NCBI GenBank assembly: GCA_964203275.1
Contig: CAXNMF010000010.1
Location: 16,159 to 80,158 of the forward strand
Direction of reading: 5' to 3'
Source: Burkholderiales bacterium
GTDB lineage: Bacteria > Pseudomonadota > Gammaproteobacteria > Burkholderiales > SG8-41
Length of the DNA stretch: 64,000 nt
A program made the position numbers and the translations under genes. Positions 37,236-47,650 of this stretch are shown here, one piece after another (the stretch's first letter is position 1; each line of letters opens with the position of its first letter). Below the pieces are notes generated by a model. It was not told where the DNA came from and ran no database searches. It saw only the letters and a list, made by a program, of their open reading frames with translations.

Positions 37236-39494
37236 TCAGACTACGCTTGCGGGTTCCTCGGCGAACTCCAGCCGAACCTTGCCAGCAGCGTCGAGATCGA
37301 CCGTGACCTTGCCGCCATTGGCCAGTCGGCCGAACAGCAGTTCGTCGGCAAGCGCACTGCGGATGGTGTCCTGGATCAGCCGCGACATTGGTCGCGCCCC
37401 CATTTGCGGGTCAAAGCCTTTCTCGGCGAGATGCTCGCGCAGAGCCGGTGTAAAGCTGATATCGACTTTCTTTTCATGCAACTGTTCTTCCAGTTGCATC
37501 AGGAACTTGTCGACAACGCGCAGGATGACGGATCGATCCAGCGACTGGAAGGAAATGATGCCGTCCAGACGATTACGGAACTCCGGTGTGAACATCCGCT
37601 TGATTTCACCCATCTCATCACCCGACTGCTTGGACGCGGTGAAACCCATTGACGTTTTCGACAGCTCGGCAGCGCCGGCGTTGGTGGTCATGATGATCAC
37701 AACGTTGCGGAAATCCGCCTTCCGGCCGTTGTTGTCGGTCAGCGTGCCGTGATCCATCACCTGCAGCAGGATATTGAAAATATCCGGATGCGCTTTCTCG
37801 ATTTCGTCGAGCAGCAGCACCGAATACGGATTCTTGGTAATGGCTTCCGTCAGCAGCCCGCCCTGGTCAAAACCGATGTATCCGGGCGGCGCACCGATCA
37901 GCCGAGAAACCGCGTGGCGTTCCATGTATTCCGACATGTCGAAGCGCAGCAACTCGACGCCCATCACATAGGCCAATTGGCGCGCCACCTCGGTCTTTCC
38001 GACACCGGTTGGTCCGCTGAACAGGAAGCTGCCGATGGGTTTGACCGGATTGCCGAGGCCGCTGCGAGCCATGCGGATCGCTGCGGTCAAGGCGCTGATC
38101 GCCTTGTCCTGGCCGAACACTACGGCTTTGAGATCGCGATCCAGCGTCTTCAGCGCATTGCGATCATCCACCGAAACAGTCTGCGCCGGTATACGCGTGA
38201 TCTTGGCAATGATCTCTTCGATCTCGTGTTTACCGATCACACGTTTCTGTTTGGACTTCGGCAGAATTTTTTGCGCCGCGCCAGCCTCGTCGATGACGTC
38301 GATGGCTTTGTCGGGCAGATGGCGGTCATTGATGAAGCGTGCGGAAAGTTCCGCAGCGGCGCTCAACGCCGCGGGCTGATATTTCACACCATGATGTTCT
38401 TCAAAGCGTGACTTCAAACCCTTCAAGATGGCGATTGTCTCGGCAACCGATGGCTCATTGACATCGATTTTCTGGAAGCGGCGCGACAGCGCATGGTCTT
38501 TCTCGAACACGCCGCGATATTCGTTGTAAGTGGTCGCGCCAATACACTTGAGCTGGCCGCTGGAGAGTGCCGGCTTCAGCAGATTGGAAGCATCGAGTGT
38601 GCCGCCCGATGCGGCACCGGCGCCGATCAGCGTATGAATTTCATCAATGAACAGGATCGCGTGCGGATTTTCGTTCAGCTGCTTCAGCACAGCCTTGAGA
38701 CGTTGCTCGAAATCACCGCGATACTTGGTTCCGGCCAGCAGCGCACCCATGTCCAGCGCATACACCACGGCTTTCTTGAGAATATCCGGCACATCGCCTT
38801 CAACCACGCGCCGCGCCAGTCCCTCGGCGATCGCGGTCTTGCCGACACCGGCCTCACCGACCAGCAAGGGATTGTTTTTGCGCCGGCGGCACAGGATCTG
38901 GATCACGCGCTCGAGCTCATGATCACGCCCGATCAGCGGATCAATCTTCCCCGCGGTCGCCATCGCGTTCAGATTCTGCGTATATGACTCCAGAGCGCCG
39001 CCTGACTGGCCCTCTTGCTCAGCTTCTGCGGGTTCGCTTTCCTGTTTCGGTTGCTGCGCCTGCGGTACTTTGCTGATGCCGTGAGAAATGAAATTCACGA
39101 CATCCAGACGGGTTACACCCTTCTGATGAAGGAAATAGACCGCATGCGAATCCTTCTCGCCAAATATCGCCACCAACACGTTCGCGCCGGTAACTTCCTT
39201 CTTGCCCGAGGACTGCACATGCAGGATGGCGCGCTGGATCACGCGCTGGAATCCCAGCGTCGGCTGGGTATCCACCTCTTCACCGGCCAGTATTGGTGTG
39301 TGTTCGGTCACAAAATCCGCAAGCAGCTTGCGTAGTTCATCGACATTGGCAGCGCAAGCGCGCAGAACTTCAGAGGCCGACGGGTTGTCGAGGAGTGCCA
39401 GCAGCAGGTGTTCCACGGTGATGAATTCGTGGCGTTTCTGACGGGCCTCCATAAAGGCCATGTGCAAGCTGACTTCAAGTTCCTGGGCGATCAT
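37236..39494 (-). CDS. clpA: ATP-dependent Clp protease ATP-binding subunit ClpA
   Basis: Clp N-domain. Two AAA+ modules ([15 protein letters not shown]; [15 protein letters not shown]). 752 aa. Preceded by clpS. Confidence 0.97.
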   Translation of the reverse strand: MIAQELEVSLHMAFMEARQKRHEFITVEHLLLALLDNPSASEVLRACAANVDELRKLLADFVTEHTPILAGEEVDTQPTLGFQRVIQRAILHVQSSGKKEVTGANVLVAIFGEKDSHAVYFLHQKGVTRLDVVNFISHGISKVPQAQQPKQESEPAEAEQEGQSGGALESYTQNLNAMATAGKIDPLIGRDHELERVIQILCRRRKNNPLLVGEAGVGKTAIAEGLARRVVEGDVPDILKKAVVYALDMGALLAGTKYRGDFEQRLKAVLKQLNENPHAILFIDEIHTLIGAGAASGGTLDASNLLKPALSSGQLKCIGATTYNEYRGVFEKDHALSRRFQKIDVNEPSVAETIAILKGLKSRFEEHHGVKYQPAALSAAAELSARFINDRHLPDKAIDVIDEAGAAQKILPKSKQKRVIGKHEIEEIIAKITRIPAQTVSVDDRNALKTLDRDLKAVVFGQDKAISALTAAIRMARSGLGNPVKPIGSFLFSGPTGVGKTEVARQLAYVMGVELLRFDMSEYMERHAVSRLIGAPPGYIGFDQGGLLTEAITKNPYSVLLLDEIEKAHPDIFNILLQVMDHGTLTDNNGRKADFRNVVIIMTTNAGAAELSKTSMGFTASKQSGDEMGEIKRMFTPEFRNRLDGIISFQSLDRSVILRVVDKFLMQLEEQLHEKKVDISFTPALREHLAEKGFDPQMGARPMSRLIQDTIRSALADELLFGRLANGGKVTVDLDAAGKVRLEFAEEPASVV

Positions 39495-39521
39495 AGGTTT
39501 CCGATCATGGCCTGTTGATAA

Positions 39522-39830
39522 TCAATTTTCTTCCATTACGCACTGTAACGGGTGTTGGTGCTGCTTTGCGTACGACTTTACCTGCTCGACTTTGGTCGCA
39601 GCAACATCCCGCGGAAAAACGCCGCAGACCCCCATGCCTTCGCGATGGACCTTGAGCATGACCTGGGTTGCGCGCTCACGGCTCAAACCGAAAAACCTCT
39701 GCAGAACGGCGACCACAAAATCCATAGGGGTGTAGTCATCATTAAGCAGCAGCACCTTGAACATCGGTGGTGGCTTGGTTTTGCTGCGCTTCGCCTCGAG
39801 GACGGTGTCTTCACGCTGCCGGTTCGCCAT
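39522..39830 (-). CDS. clpS: ClpS adaptor protein
   Basis: [27 protein letters not shown]...[19 protein letters not shown]. Confidence 0.95.
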   Translation of the reverse strand: MANRQREDTVLEAKRSKTKPPPMFKVLLLNDDYTPMDFVVAVLQRFFGLSRERATQVMLKVHREGMGVCGVFPRDVAATKVEQVKSYAKQHQHPLQCVMEEN

Positions 39831-40106
39831 GCCTGCTTAATGTGGGGGGTGTGCTGTTCAATTGAATCTCCAGACCTATTGTGTCTGGAATTGGGAATTT
39901 TTCAAGTGGCGAAATGAGGGCCAAAACCGGGTCAATGGTGTGGATCCCCGGGGATTCTTGTGCGCACTTGACTTTGGCGCGCAAATACCCTAGAAAGCAG
40001 TCGGGTGTTGGGGTTCAGGTTACAGCGCAAGACCAGTTTGGCCGGTGCTTTCCTTGGAACTCGAACAAATCGCGGAGCCCATCCGCTTTTCTATCAAGGC
40101 AGGCAT

Positions 40107-40310
40107 ATGGCAACTGGTACTGTGAAATGGTTCAATGACTCCAAAGGCTACGGGTTCATCACTCCGGACGACGGCAGCGAAGATCTTTTCGCGCACTTCT
40201 CCGCGATTCAGATGAATGGCTTCAAGACGCTGAAAGAAGGCCAGAAGGTGTCTTTCGAAGTTACCCAGGGTCCCAAGGGCAAGCAAGCCTCTAACATCCA
40301 AGCAGCCTGA
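40107..40310 (+). CDS. cspA: CspA-family cold-shock protein
   Basis: [34 protein letters not shown] contains the RNP1 and RNP2 motifs. 67 aa. Confidence 0.95.
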   Translation: MATGTVKWFNDSKGYGFITPDDGSEDLFAHFSAIQMNGFKTLKEGQKVSFEVTQGPKGKQASNIQAA

Positions 40311-40361
40311 AGCTGTGATTTAGCAGCGGGCTGCAGTCCGGCCCGCCGCCCTGCAAGAAAC

Positions 40362-40392
40362 GAAGCCCGCAGGCCAGCCTGCGGGCTTTTTT
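40362..40392 (+). terminator. Rho-independent terminator of cspA
   Basis: GAAGCCCGCAGG-CCAG-CCTGCGGGCTT followed by TTTT. Confidence 0.8.
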
Positions 40393-40595
40393 ATGTCCTG
40401 CCGCCCCGATCCGGCGACGTCAGTCGATGCCCGGCCGGGGAAATAATGCGATAATTCGCCCCCTGACCAGCAGGCAATCTGACACAGGCACGATGGTCAC
40501 CGCTTCGGGAAGAACCTAGCATCCGGAGTACCACTTTCGATCGCCATTACGCGCCGATCACTTGAACGACCCAATTCGAACGGAGAATTAGAGAA

Positions 40596-41972
40596 ATGAG
40601 CGGAAAACTGGACCTGCTGAAAATCGCGCAGGAAGAAGCAAACGGCGATCTTTTCAAATATCTGGACGGCGTTTTCAAGCGCTCCAAAACCCAGCCGCGC
40701 GGCATCAGTGATGCCATCATCTGGGAAGGTGGCAATTTCACCGGTGACGTCAAGCCGGTTGCCCATGCCCTGACCGACACCTTCGCGCTGAACGGCACCA
40801 TCATGGCGCTCGATGTGCTCGGCCTGCCCTTCCTCGGCGTACCAATGATGGCCCAGTTCCGCCATGACTCGAAACTGAAATCGCTCGAGTGGTTCGGCAA
40901 GATGGACTACACCTGTCTGAAGTGGTCCACCGCAGGCGACTTCATGGTCAATGACGGCGGCAAAAAAGTCGTCGTGGCCGGCAAATCGGCCAATGCCCCG
41001 CTGCGCACCGCCGCCGGCGTGTATTGCAACGTTCGCCCCTACGGCTCGATCACCAATGTGCGCTTCATGCCCGGCCTGCCGTACTCGCAGGACAACAAGA
41101 AGTTCGTTGTTGAAAAAGCCACTGGCAACATCCACTCCGAAATGAACACCCCGGGCGTGCGCATGGCCTACGCCGCGCGCCTGTTCCTGCAACTGGTCAA
41201 CGAGCGCGGCTGCATCGGCCGCGTCGCCACCAAGCCGACCCAGGCCAAGGAAGACGCGGTCAATGCCGGCCTTTTCCGCTGGATTCTGCAGGGCACCAAG
41301 TTCAAGCTGAAGCGCCAATATGCGGTCGACGCCTACCAGGAGCACAAAGAGAACGTCGATGCCATCGTTGCGCTGCTGCCGAAGGACTTCAAGGCCGGCA
41401 TGGAAAACTGGAGCGGCGACATCTACGAACACATCTCCGACACCAACTTCGGCCTGCTGCTGCATGACATGATCGAGCAGCGCGAGTGCATCGTTTACTC
41501 AACCGACCTTGACGGTGACCGTCTGACCGACCTGATGGCCGATGCGCCGGACGTACTGCGCAAGTGGGGGCAGATGATTCTCGACTACGCGAAGACCGGC
41601 AAGAAAATGGGCGACGTGTGGAAGGACATGGGTTTCACGATGACCAACGGCAAGGACATGACCAGCGTCATGTACCGCATGGAAGGCGCGCCGATCTACG
41701 AACAGACCCTCGGCTCGGCTGACGCCATGCTGCAGCGCCTGCTCAACGGCGACGAAACGGTCGGCGGCACCAAGGATCCTTACGATCCGCGCATTCACTT
41801 TGTTCTGATCAACGAGGCGTACAAGGCCGCAAATCCGGGCAATGCCGAACTGGCGAAGTGGCTGGATGATCAACTGGCTATCTTCGACAAGATCTACAGC
41901 CCGAAGCGTCCGCGCTACCTCGACGGTTACAACCAGCTCAAGGCAGCGATCAAGCCCTGGGGCACAAAATAA
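40596..41972 (+). CDS. Hypothetical 458-aa soluble protein, no family recognised
   Basis: GGAGA RBS 8 nt before the ATG. Even coding-like composition. No TM segments, no Cys/His motifs or nucleotide-binding loops seen. Has its own terminator. The antisense ORF 40497..41465 is a shadow. Confidence 0.7.
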   Translation: MSGKLDLLKIAQEEANGDLFKYLDGVFKRSKTQPRGISDAIIWEGGNFTGDVKPVAHALTDTFALNGTIMALDVLGLPFLGVPMMAQFRHDSKLKSLEWFGKMDYTCLKWSTAGDFMVNDGGKKVVVAGKSANAPLRTAAGVYCNVRPYGSITNVRFMPGLPYSQDNKKFVVEKATGNIHSEMNTPGVRMAYAARLFLQLVNERGCIGRVATKPTQAKEDAVNAGLFRWILQGTKFKLKRQYAVDAYQEHKENVDAIVALLPKDFKAGMENWSGDIYEHISDTNFGLLLHDMIEQRECIVYSTDLDGDRLTDLMADAPDVLRKWGQMILDYAKTGKKMGDVWKDMGFTMTNGKDMTSVMYRMEGAPIYEQTLGSADAMLQRLLNGDETVGGTKDPYDPRIHFVLINEAYKAANPGNAELAKWLDDQLAIFDKIYSPKRPRYLDGYNQLKAAIKPWGTK

Positions 41973-42024
41973 GTTTCCGGCCCATTACTGCAGCTGCCTG
42001 AAAACAGCTGCAGTCACAATCAAA

Positions 42025-42049
42025 ACGCCCGCATATGCGGGCGTTTTTT
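42025..42049 (+). terminator. Rho-independent terminator
   Basis: ACGCCCGC-ATAT-GCGGGCGT followed by TTTTT. Confidence 0.85.
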
Positions 42050-42144
42050 ATTTACCGATCAAATTTATTTTTGCTTCGCAACAAGCTCGGTTTGTTCATC
42101 AACCCTCTGATTTTTCATAGGGAAAGTCCGGTTTTTGACAAATA

Positions 42145-42172
42145 TTGGACTTTTGGCGATTTTAAGTATAAT
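42145..42172 (+). promoter_or_regulatory. Candidate sigma-70 promoter of aceB
   Basis: TTGGAC (42145..42150), 16-nt spacer, TATAAT (42167..42172). Lies in an AT-rich stretch, 70 nt upstream of the aceB ATG. Confidence 0.4.
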
Positions 42173-42241
42173 GCATCGCAGCAATAAGAATGATACGATT
42201 TTTTATATTCTGAAACGCTGTACTGACGCTAGGAGTCCGCC

Positions 42242-43870
42242 ATGTCCACCTTCAATTTGCCTGAAGGGATCGCCGTCTCCGGCGCAATCCCCTCCGCTTA
42301 CCAGCAAATCCTCACACCACAGGCTGTTGCTTTCGTCGCCAAGATTGCCCGGAAGTTCGAGGGTCGGCGGCGCGAATTGATGGCGCAGCGCGCCGCACGA
42401 CAGTCGGAATTTGATGCCGGCAAACTGCCGGATTTTCTGCCAGAAACCCGCAACATCCGCGAAAGTGACTGGATCGTCTCCTCGATTCCCGCCGACCTGC
42501 AGGATCGCCGTGTCGAGATCACCGGTCCCACCGACCGCAAGATGGTGATCAACGCACTGAACTGCGGCGCCAACGTTTTCATGGCCGATTTCGAAGACTC
42601 AAATGCTCCGACCTGGAGCAACATGATCGAGGGCCAGATCAACATGTACGACGCTGTACGGCGCACGATTTCCTTCCGGAGTCCTGAAGGCAAGCAGTAC
42701 AGCCTAAACAAGAAAATCGCCACGCTGCTGGTACGCCCACGAGGCTGGCACCTGATGGAACACCATATGCAGGTCGATGGCGCACCTGTTTCCGGTGCGA
42801 TCTTCGACTTCGCGCTGTACGTCTTCCACAATGCGAAGGAAGCGGTCGCGCGCAACACCGGACCCTATTTTTACCTGCCAAAAATGGAAAGCCATTTTGA
42901 GGCGAGGCTGTGGAACGACATTTTCATAATGGCACAGCGCGAGCTGGGCCTGCCATTGGGCACGATCAAGGCCACCGTGCTGATCGAAACCGTTCTCGCC
43001 GCATTCGAGATGGACGAGATCCTTCACGAGCTGCGCGAACACTGTGTAGGTCTGAATATCGGCCGCTGGGACTACATCTTCAGTTGCATCAAGAAATTCC
43101 GCTCCAACAAGGATTTCTGCCTTGCCGATCGCAGTCAGGTCACAATGACTGCACCGTTCATGCGCGCCTATGCATTGTTGCTGGTGAAGACCTGCCATCG
43201 CCGCAAGGCCTTCGCCATGGGTGGCATGGCAGCGCAGATCCCCATCAAAAATGACACTGCAGCGAACGAAGCGGCATTGGCCAAGGTACACGCCGACAAG
43301 GAACGCGAGGCAAGCGACGGTTGCGACGGCACCTGGGTGGCACACCCCGGGTTGGTCGGTATAGCCAAAGCCATTTTCGACAAGCATATGCCCACCCCGA
43401 ATCAGGTCGCGCGCCTTCGCCCTGATGTTCAGGTGACCGCAAAAGACCTTCTCGACTTCAAACCGGAAGCTCCAATCACCGAAGCAGGCTTGCGCAACAA
43501 TATCAGTGTCGGCATCCAGTACATCGGCGCCTGGCTTGCGGGCAATGGCTGTGTCCCGGTGTACAACCTGATGGAAGACGCGGCCACCGCGGAAATTTCA
43601 CGCTCGCAAATCTGGCAGTGGATGCGCAGCCCAAAGGGCGTACTTGATGACGGCCGTAAAGTCACCAAAGAAATGTTCCGCAAAATGCTGCCTGAAGAAC
43701 TTGCCCGCGTCCGCCGCGAACTGGGCGAAGATGCATGGAATGCGGGGCGCTACGAAGAAGCCGCACAGTTGTTCGACGAAATCACCACCAACGACGATTA
43801 CGTGGAGTTCCTTACGCTTCCTGGCTATCAACGTCTCACCAAAGGCCTTGAAACCGCTACAACTGCCTGA
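42242..43870 (+). CDS. aceB: Malate synthase A
   Basis: DRRVEITGPTDRKMVINALNCGANVFMADFEDSNAPTW and CVGLNIGRWDYIFS are malate synthase A signatures. 542 aa. Confidence 0.95.
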   Translation: MSTFNLPEGIAVSGAIPSAYQQILTPQAVAFVAKIARKFEGRRRELMAQRAARQSEFDAGKLPDFLPETRNIRESDWIVSSIPADLQDRRVEITGPTDRKMVINALNCGANVFMADFEDSNAPTWSNMIEGQINMYDAVRRTISFRSPEGKQYSLNKKIATLLVRPRGWHLMEHHMQVDGAPVSGAIFDFALYVFHNAKEAVARNTGPYFYLPKMESHFEARLWNDIFIMAQRELGLPLGTIKATVLIETVLAAFEMDEILHELREHCVGLNIGRWDYIFSCIKKFRSNKDFCLADRSQVTMTAPFMRAYALLLVKTCHRRKAFAMGGMAAQIPIKNDTAANEAALAKVHADKEREASDGCDGTWVAHPGLVGIAKAIFDKHMPTPNQVARLRPDVQVTAKDLLDFKPEAPITEAGLRNNISVGIQYIGAWLAGNGCVPVYNLMEDAATAEISRSQIWQWMRSPKGVLDDGRKVTKEMFRKMLPEELARVRRELGEDAWNAGRYEEAAQLFDEITTNDDYVEFLTLPGYQRLTKGLETATTA

Positions 43871-43931
43871 TTAAACCGCGCTAAAAAGGCCCTCCGGTTA
43901 CGCCGGAGTCCTTTCTACGTAAAATCAGCAT

Positions 43932-44471
43932 GTGCCCAGACTTCTGTTGCTCAACAAGCCCTATGGCGTGATTTGTCAGTTCAGCCCATCGGGTGACAAA
44001 CCCACGCTGAAGGACTTCGTTCCGGTATCCGGGGTATATCCAGCCGGACGTCTGGACACAGACAGCGAAGGGTTGGTCGTATTAACCGATGACGGCGCAC
44101 TGCAACACCGGATCAGCGATCCTCAGCACAAGTTGCCCAAAACCTATTATGTCCAGGTCGAAGGCACACCTGATGAGGCCGCCCTGACGCTATTGCGGGC
44201 GGGGATTCAGCTTACTGATTTTCGCGCGCAGCCCGCCGAGACCACCCCAGTTGCTGAACCGGACTGGGTCTGGTCGCGTAACCCACCCATCCGCATCCGC
44301 AGGCAGATTCCGACATCCTGGCTAAAAATAACGATTCGAGAGGGCAAAAATCGGCAGGTCCGACGCATGACCGCCGCAGCTGGTTTTCCTACGCTCCGCC
44401 TGATTCGTTACGCGATCGGAATATGGACTTTGGACGAACTCGCGCCGGGCCATTGGCAAGAGATCAAGTGA
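43932..44471 (+). CDS. rluE: RsuA/RluE-family 23S rRNA pseudouridine synthase
   Basis: [13 protein letters not shown]...[20 protein letters not shown] (catalytic Asp)...KTYYVQVEG...[13 protein letters not shown] start. Confidence 0.85.
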   Translation: MPRLLLLNKPYGVICQFSPSGDKPTLKDFVPVSGVYPAGRLDTDSEGLVVLTDDGALQHRISDPQHKLPKTYYVQVEGTPDEAALTLLRAGIQLTDFRAQPAETTPVAEPDWVWSRNPPIRIRRQIPTSWLKITIREGKNRQVRRMTAAAGFPTLRLIRYAIGIWTLDELAPGHWQEIK

Positions 44472-44713
44472 TCTTGGTGAAAAAACGAAGAGAATCACTC
44501 GTTGTAAATTATATTTTACATTTATCTTTATTAATGGAATTGGTGCCTGAAAAACGCAATCAAAGCGCATCAGAAAGCGGGTTTGAATAAGCTTTGATGA
44601 AAAAACCTACTTGAAACTGTCAACTAAGCTCTTTAAAGCACGTTAGTGGGCAAGACCGTCCTTTTCGGTCAAGGGCTTATAAGCCCGGTTGATCAACCAC
44701 TAATGAGGAAATC

Positions 44714-44878
44714 ATGAACAAACTGTTTGCCGCCATCATCGCCGCCGTGTTCTCGACCGTTGCCGTTGCTCCGGCCTTCGCCGCCGAAGAGAAAAAGACC
44801 GAGAAAAAGGCCGAGAAAAAGACCGAGAAAAAAGCTGAAGAGAAAAAAGCCGACAAAGGAAGTAATTTTCTCGCTTGA
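44714..44878 (+). CDS. Small secreted Lys/Glu-repeat protein (54 aa), paralogue 1
   Basis: AGGAA RBS. MNKLFAAIIAAVFSTVAVAPAFA|AEEKKTEKKAEKKTEKKAEEKKADKGSNFLA. Signal peptide with an AxA site. 12-nt (E-K-K-T/A) tandem repeats about 44786..44856. Terminator follows directly. Below the track cutoff. Confidence 0.65.
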   Translation: MNKLFAAIIAAVFSTVAVAPAFAAEEKKTEKKAEKKTEKKAEEKKADKGSNFLA

Positions 44879-44880
44879 AA

Positions 44881-44906
44881 GGCAGGGCTTCGGCCCTGCC
44901 TTTTTT
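44881..44906 (+). terminator. Rho-independent terminator
   Basis: GGCAGGGC-TTCG-GCCCTGCC followed by TTTTTT. Confidence 0.85.
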
Positions 44907-45054
44907 CACCTCCGCCAGATGGGCAAACTCCAGCACGCTGCAGCACTATTTCCCGCCAGTTGTCATTTATATGTGCATAAGCTAATGTAGCGGCGCTCGC
45001 ACTGAGCCGCCGGCTGCATCAAGCCGGTTGATTCATTAATCCAAGGGAGGACTC

Positions 45055-45204
45055 ATGAAGAAGCTGCTCGCAATTGCTATTGCCGCAATGTTCGGCGCTG
45101 TTGCTGTCGCACCTGCCTACTCGGCCGATAAAAAAGACGAGAAAAAGACCGAGAAAAAAGAAAAGAAAGCCGCGACAAGAAGTAATCGTTCAGCTAGTCT
45201 TTAA
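45055..45204 (+). CDS. Small secreted Lys/Glu-repeat protein (49 aa), paralogue 2
   Basis: GGGAGG RBS. MKKLLAIAIAAMFGAVAVAPAYS|ADKKDEKKTEKKEKKAATRSNRSASL. Same architecture and same kind of terminator as paralogue 1. Confidence 0.65.
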   Translation: MKKLLAIAIAAMFGAVAVAPAYSADKKDEKKTEKKEKKAATRSNRSASL

Positions 45205-45205
45205 A

Positions 45206-45231
45206 AGCAGGGTTGCGACCCTGCTTTTTTT
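45206..45231 (+). terminator. Rho-independent terminator
   Basis: AGCAGGGT-TGCG-ACCCTGCT followed by TTTTTT. Confidence 0.85.
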
Positions 45232-45294
45232 ACGCCCGCTCCGGCTTAATTCGCGGCAGAAACCCGATTCTCCCGCTGGCGATAAAATAGAGTC

Positions 45295-45756
45295 ATGCTG
45301 AATCAAGAACACCAATGGAAACCCAATGTAACCGTCGCGGCTGTTGTAGAACGCGACGGCGCGTTCCTGCTCGTCGAAGAACAAACCAGCGAGGGCATCC
45401 GTTATAACCAACCGGCTGGACATCTTGAAGCCGGAGAGTCGCTGATCGATGCCGTAATCCGTGAAACGCTGGAAGAATCGGCGCGGGATTTCAAGCCGGA
45501 AGCCTTGCTTGGCATTTATCAGTACCGCCAAGCAGGCAGCGGCGTGACCTATCTCCGTTTTGCCTTTACCGGCACGCTGTCAGAACCACATCCGGGTCGT
45601 CCTCTGGATACCGGAATCCTGCGAGCGCTGTGGATGCCCGTTGCCGAAATTCGTGCCTGCAGCGAACGGCACCGGAGCCCGTTGCTGATGCAGTGCATCG
45701 ACGACTACCTGGGCGGACAGCGTCATCCGCTGCAATTGCTGCATCATTACAACTGA
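45295..45756 (+). CDS. NUDIX hydrolase
   Basis: Nudix box GHLEAGESLIDAVIRETLEESA. Confidence 0.88.
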   Translation: MLNQEHQWKPNVTVAAVVERDGAFLLVEEQTSEGIRYNQPAGHLEAGESLIDAVIRETLEESARDFKPEALLGIYQYRQAGSGVTYLRFAFTGTLSEPHPGRPLDTGILRALWMPVAEIRACSERHRSPLLMQCIDDYLGGQRHPLQLLHHYN

Positions 45757-46918
<1,162 letters not shown>

Positions 46919-47524
46919 TCAGACGGCGGTATCCTTGAAGGACGGGCGCTGAGCCAGCTTGTCGGCCAGCCGGGCCAGATTCGGATGATTGCGCCGCCAC
47001 GGCAGTTCGGACAAGCGCAGTTCAAGCCAGCCGAGGCAGCAACCGACGGCGATGTCGGCAAGGGTGAAAAAATCCCCGGCACACCACGGCTTTGCGGCAA
47101 GATCATCCGCCATCGCCTGCAACGCGCGATCGACCTTGCCCTGCTGGCGGGTCACCCACTCGGTTGATTGCTGTTCTGCGGGCTTACGTTTTTCGTTATA
47201 CAACGCAATGGCTGCATCCGTACAACCGTCGGCCAGCGCTTCCCAGCGCCGTACCTGAATGCGCGGCCTTTTCTCCTCAGGGATCAGGCGATTGCCAGGG
47301 CTGGCGTTGTCGAGATACTCGACAATCACGCGTGAATCGAAAATCGTATTCTCATCGTCAAGCACCATCACCGGGATTTTGCCCAGAGGGTTATATCGCG
47401 TAACAACACTGTCCGGCGTGTTCGGCACATCAGTGATGAACTCACACTCCATGCGTTTTTCGGCAAGCGCGACACGCACCTTGCGGGTATAGGGACTGGT
47501 GACGGTCCCGATCAGCTTCATCAT
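46919..47524 (-). CDS. Glutathione S-transferase
   Basis: MMKLIGTVTSPYTRKVRVALAEK...NPLGKIPVMVLDDENTIFDSRVIVEYL (GST N-domain, cis-Pro IP, Ser of the ES motif) plus a helical C-domain. Confidence 0.85.
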   Translation of the reverse strand: MMKLIGTVTSPYTRKVRVALAEKRMECEFITDVPNTPDSVVTRYNPLGKIPVMVLDDENTIFDSRVIVEYLDNASPGNRLIPEEKRPRIQVRRWEALADGCTDAAIALYNEKRKPAEQQSTEWVTRQQGKVDRALQAMADDLAAKPWCAGDFFTLADIAVGCCLGWLELRLSELPWRRNHPNLARLADKLAQRPSFKDTAV

Positions 47525-47650
47525 ATGGATTGTTCGCAGCGCAAAAATGCAGGAAAAAAGCGCGCGGATTATAGCATCGACATCCTTGACGCCCAACGCC
47601 GCTGAACGTTAGTCTGGACTCCCTTTCAACCGCCTGCAAAGAGGCCACAC

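Noticed and set aside
40497-41465. 322-aa minus-strand ORF opposite the 458-aa orphan gene
   Set aside because: The plus-strand ORF is longer and has an RBS and terminator. The minus ORF has a shadow composition rich in A, G, V and R.
42131-42172. Consensus TTGACA at 42135..42140 paired with TATAAT at 42167..42172 as the aceB promoter
   Set aside because: The spacer would be 26 nt. The weaker TTGGAC at 42145 with a 16-nt spacer is the only workable -35 for that -10 element.
44537-44556. Possible sigma-54 promoter (TTGGTGCCTGAAAAACGCA) upstream of the small K/E-repeat genes
   Set aside because: The GG and GC elements are spaced 2 nt too far apart (14 instead of 12 between the first G of each), and the -12 region does not match TTGC.
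44677-45301. Track ORFs of 66 to 89 aa overlapping the K/E-repeat region on both strands
   Set aside because: They are alternative-frame readings of the AAG/GAA-rich tandem repeats, without RBS or signal logic. The short signal-peptide ORFs with RBS and terminator explain the locus better.
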